From Roseibacillus sp. (GTDB lineage Bacteria > Verrucomicrobiota > Verrucomicrobiia > Verrucomicrobiales > Akkermansiaceae), in the NCBI GenBank assembly GCA_965242925.1, contig CBDEUM010000038.1, positions 1-64,000 of the forward strand: a DNA stretch of 64,000 bases, in the 5' to 3' direction. Below, one piece after another: positions 60,876-64,000 of the stretch; the stretch's first letter is position 1; every line of letters starts with the position of its first letter. Below the pieces are notes generated by a model that was given only the letters and a program-made list of their open reading frames with translations, was not told the DNA's origin and did no database searches. Both the position numbers and the translations under genes were made by a program.

Positions 60876-61279
60876 ACCGCAGACGGAAAGTAAAACCTCA
60901 TCTGGGATTCGGGACGATCGTGTTCCTGATAGTGGCCGCGGTGATGTTAGCGGCAGCGGGTGTTTTTCACGCTTATGTCAAGAACCGTCAGATAAACGTA
61001 GCACGGGAAATCCAGGGAATGGAGGAACGAATTTCCCAGCACAAGCTGGATATCACGACGCTTGAAGTGCGGCTCGATGACCAACTCAATCCGATTCTGA
61101 TTAATGACCGGCTCAATGAGATGTCTTCTGACCTTCGTCGGATTCCGGTAGGAGTCGTAGAGGAAATCCCGGTGTCGCGGAGCGGGAGTGGTAAGGTTAC
61201 GGCAACTGTTCCCGATCAAGATCCGCCTTCGATCTCAGTAATTCCCACCACCGTTTCCGTTGCGGCTGGGGGGCCCTGA
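60872..61279 (+). CDS. ftsL: FtsL-like cell division protein
   Basis: Basic N-terminus, one TM, coiled coil; lies between rsmH and the PBP gene; GTGA overlap. Confidence 0.65.
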   Translation: MNRRRKVKPHLGFGTIVFLIVAAVMLAAAGVFHAYVKNRQINVAREIQGMEERISQHKLDITTLEVRLDDQLNPILINDRLNEMSSDLRRIPVGVVEEIPVSRSGSGKVTATVPDQDPPSISVIPTTVSVAAGGP

Positions 61280-61284
61280 TCCCT

Positions 61285-63171
61285 GTGAAATCTTCTGTTC
61301 ATTCCCGCGCCCTGCTGGTTTGCCTGGTTCTTGTGACCGGGTTCAGTGGTCTTTCGGCGCGGCTCATCTACCTTCAATGGATTGATCGCGATACGTCGGC
61401 GCCCAAGGCGGCCCGCAATCGGACGGACAAGGAAGTCATTCCGGGAAAGTTCGGCTACATCGTGGATCGGAACGACCGCATCATGGCACGGAATCTGCCG
61501 GTCACCACCGTGGTTGCAGATAAGATTCACTTGCGTGATCCAGAGGTGGCGGCGAGGGGCGTGGCCTTCGCCGAACTCGTGAACACCAGAGAATGGATCG
61601 AGGGGACGGAGCAGGAGCGTCGTCGATCCCTGAAACGTCGCACCCGTCGAATACGTGAGGAGTTGCCCCTGGGGGAGCTTCTCGATCGCTATGTCGAGCA
61701 CATGATACCGATCGCGGCGCGCGCCATCGGCATCGATCCCGGGAAGCTGGAGGAGAAACTCAGGGTCAAACTGGAGTATGTCACCATTGCGAAGGACCTG
61801 AGGGAGGATGAGGCAGACGAGATCCAGGAAGCGCTGGAGGACAACTTCATTTACGGGTTCCGCTTCGAAAAGAGCGTGAAGCGGTGGTACAGCACCTCGA
61901 ACATGGCCACCCACACCACCGGCTACGTGAATCACGAGGGGGTGGGGCAGTGCGGGTTGGAGCGTGAACTGGGCCCCCATCTGCGGGGTCACGATGGCTA
62001 TCAGATCACGAGGAAAGATCAGTCGGGACTGGTTCTGCTCACCGGTGGCGGGGTGCTCAAGCCGCCCCGATCTGGTTTCGATGCCAGGCTCTCTCTCGAT
62101 CTGAATATTCAGACCATCGTGGAAGAGGAGTTGGACTGGGGCCTCCAGAAATTTGAATCCAGCTGTGGAGCGGTCGTCGTGCTTGAGCCCAAGAGTGGTG
62201 ACGTCCTGGCAATTGCCAGTCGACCACATTTCGATTTGAACCTGCGGCAGAACATGGACGAGTCAGCCATGCATTATGCGGTGCAGGGAGTCTACGAACC
62301 AGGTTCAACCTTGAAGCTGATTTCCACCGCGGCGGCGCTCGATCTGGGCATAATGAGTCCAAAGACGGAGACGTATTGTCACAAAGGATACATGAGAATT
62401 CCGGGGGGCTACGTGAAGGACTACAAGGGCTTCGAGAATATCACCCTTGAGGAGGTTCTCGCCAAGTCGAGTAACATTGGAGCCTACAAGATTGGCATGC
62501 GGGTTGGGACGAAACGCTACATGGATTATCTGCGTCGGTTCGGGTTCACTCAGAAGACCGGAATTACCCTGTCCGGGGAAGAGGGAGGCTGGACTGCCGA
62601 TCCCGGCAACGGGATTAACTTCTCACGGATTACCTATGGCTATGGAGTGGTCGTGACACCTCTCCAGATTGGATGTGCATACGCGACTATTGCGAACGGT
62701 GGAGTGCGTATGAAGCCGCGCCTGGTAAAGGCTCTTCTCGCAAACGATGGCACGGTGGTGCAGGAGTTCCCTCCCGAGGAAGTGGAGCGGGCGGTGTCCG
62801 AAAAGACCGCGCGCAAGATGTGCGTCGCCCTGGAGACGGTGGTGAATCCCCGAGGGAAGGGCAATACCGGCAAATTCGCGGCGGTGCCCGGCTATCTTGT
62901 GTGTGGAAAGACGGGGACCGCACGGCTCTATAAGGACGGAGCATATCTTTCGGATCGTTACGCGGTCTCTTTTGCCGGATTCATGCCCCGCGACGATCCC
63001 GCCTTCGTCTGCGTGGTAGTGATCCACGATCCCCTTACGAAGGAGATCAAGGTAGGAGGAGGGTCGGTGGCGGCCCCGGTTTTCCAGCGTATTGCGGCCC
63101 GCGCCGCGGCTTGCCTGAATCTCACTCCGACCGAGCCAGTGGAGGAGGCCATCGCCTCCAACGGCAGATAA
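61285..63171 (+). CDS. ftsI: Class B penicillin-binding protein (FtsI/PBP3-like)
   Basis: TM anchor, G.IVDRN, GLE, YEPGSTLK (SxxK), SSN (SxN), KTGTA. Confidence 0.9.
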   Translation: MKSSVHSRALLVCLVLVTGFSGLSARLIYLQWIDRDTSAPKAARNRTDKEVIPGKFGYIVDRNDRIMARNLPVTTVVADKIHLRDPEVAARGVAFAELVNTREWIEGTEQERRRSLKRRTRRIREELPLGELLDRYVEHMIPIAARAIGIDPGKLEEKLRVKLEYVTIAKDLREDEADEIQEALEDNFIYGFRFEKSVKRWYSTSNMATHTTGYVNHEGVGQCGLERELGPHLRGHDGYQITRKDQSGLVLLTGGGVLKPPRSGFDARLSLDLNIQTIVEEELDWGLQKFESSCGAVVVLEPKSGDVLAIASRPHFDLNLRQNMDESAMHYAVQGVYEPGSTLKLISTAAALDLGIMSPKTETYCHKGYMRIPGGYVKDYKGFENITLEEVLAKSSNIGAYKIGMRVGTKRYMDYLRRFGFTQKTGITLSGEEGGWTADPGNGINFSRITYGYGVVVTPLQIGCAYATIANGGVRMKPRLVKALLANDGTVVQEFPPEEVERAVSEKTARKMCVALETVVNPRGKGNTGKFAAVPGYLVCGKTGTARLYKDGAYLSDRYAVSFAGFMPRDDPAFVCVVVIHDPLTKEIKVGGGSVAAPVFQRIAARAAACLNLTPTEPVEEAIASNGR

Positions 63172-63178
63172 TTTCACC

Positions 63179-64000
63179 ATGATCCTGCAGGAACTGATTG
63201 ATCCTCTGCCCCGGGTGGCTTTGGCCGGGTCGGCGGATTGCGAGGTGTCCGGACTGCAGGACGACAGCCGGAACGTGGGACCCGGTGACCTCTTCGTGGC
63301 AGTAAGAGGCGACACCGTGGATGGGCATGAGTTTATCGAGTTGGCCTTGAAAGCGGGAGCCTGCGCCATTGTAGCGGAAACGGCGGCGAATTCAGATCTT
63401 CCCGAAGGCGTGAGCTGGGTGCTGGTGCCCGATTCGCGCCAGGCTCTGGGCATTCTGTCCAGCGTATGGTGTGGGAACCCGTCCTCCGATCTGCGGGTGG
63501 CGGGAGTGACCGGGACGAACGGCAAGACCACCACGGCCTTTCTCATTCATCAAATCCTGAAACAGACAATGCAGCGAGCCGGCCTGATCGGAACGGTGAT
63601 CTTTGACGATGGTTCGAAACAGGAGGTGGCTAATTTTACCACGCCCGGTACCATTAAGCTGCAGGAGCTCCTGGCCCGCATGCGGGAGAACAGGTGCCCG
63701 GGAGTGGTCCTCGAGGTGTCGTCGCAGGGGTTGGAGCAGGGTCGGGCGGATGCCATTGCCTTCGATGTGGCGGTCTTCACCAATCTGAGTCAGGACCACC
63801 TCGACTATCACGGCACGATGGAGCGGTATTTCACCTCCAAACGCCGCCTCTTTGACAGCGTAGCAGAGGACGTGGCCGGGAAAAGACCCACGGCCGTGGT
63901 CAATCGCGACGACTTTTACGGGGAAATCCTGGTCCGCGAGTACGCCGATCGGATCAATTTGATCACCTACGGATTCGGAGTGGATTGTGACTTCAGGGCC
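63179..64000 (+). CDS. murE: UDP-MurNAc-tripeptide synthetase (3'-truncated by window)
   Basis: Manual translation MILQELID...DSRNVGPGDLFVAVRG.TVDGH...GVTGTNGKTTT...TTPG...EVSSQG...FTNLSQDHLDYHG. Confidence 0.93.
   Translation, partial: MILQELIDPLPRVALAGSADCEVSGLQDDSRNVGPGDLFVAVRGDTVDGHEFIELALKAGACAIVAETAANSDLPEGVSWVLVPDSRQALGILSSVWCGNPSSDLRVAGVTGTNGKTTTAFLIHQILKQTMQRAGLIGTVIFDDGSKQEVANFTTPGTIKLQELLARMRENRCPGVVLEVSSQGLEQGRADAIAFDVAVFTNLSQDHLDYHGTMERYFTSKRRLFDSVAEDVAGKRPTAVVNRDDFYGEILVREYADRINLITYGFGVDCDFRA

Overview
This is a high-GC bacterial chromosomal window, most likely from Verrucomicrobiota (inferred from the Amuc_1098-1102-type pilus/secretin locus, a PEP-CTERM protein and a TIGR04073-like protein). 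Positions 1-9 kb are accessory: a secreted-protein fragment, a TPR-sulfotransferase, a PEP-CTERM protein, an esterase, an SHD1 protein and a pseudokinase-lectin membrane protein. Three genes in the first 4.1 kb carry single-base homopolymer frameshifts. The rest is mostly core genome: lptF/G-like, dinG, aroD, the pilus-like secretin operon, coaE-rho, a large acidic surface protein, rnd, gyrBA, gap-pgk-tpiA, menFDHBACE, pdxH, hpt, rpsO-pnp, rsmB and the start of the dcw cluster (mraZ-rsmH-ftsL-ftsI-murE). I saw no rRNA, tRNA, CRISPR array, integrase or transposase. The most interesting signals are: an in-frame glycosyltransferase + ArsS-type radical SAM fusion; an in-frame CoaE + charged linker + Rho fusion (either fusion could be undone by one homopolymer indel, so both need read-level checks); a nested-domain surface protein; a C-lobe-only pseudokinase with two C-type lectin domains; a PEP-CTERM/sulfotransferase pair; a 106-aa minimal RNase III; and an unlisted 46-aa membrane protein. 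All family calls come from motif recognition by eye, not from database searches.
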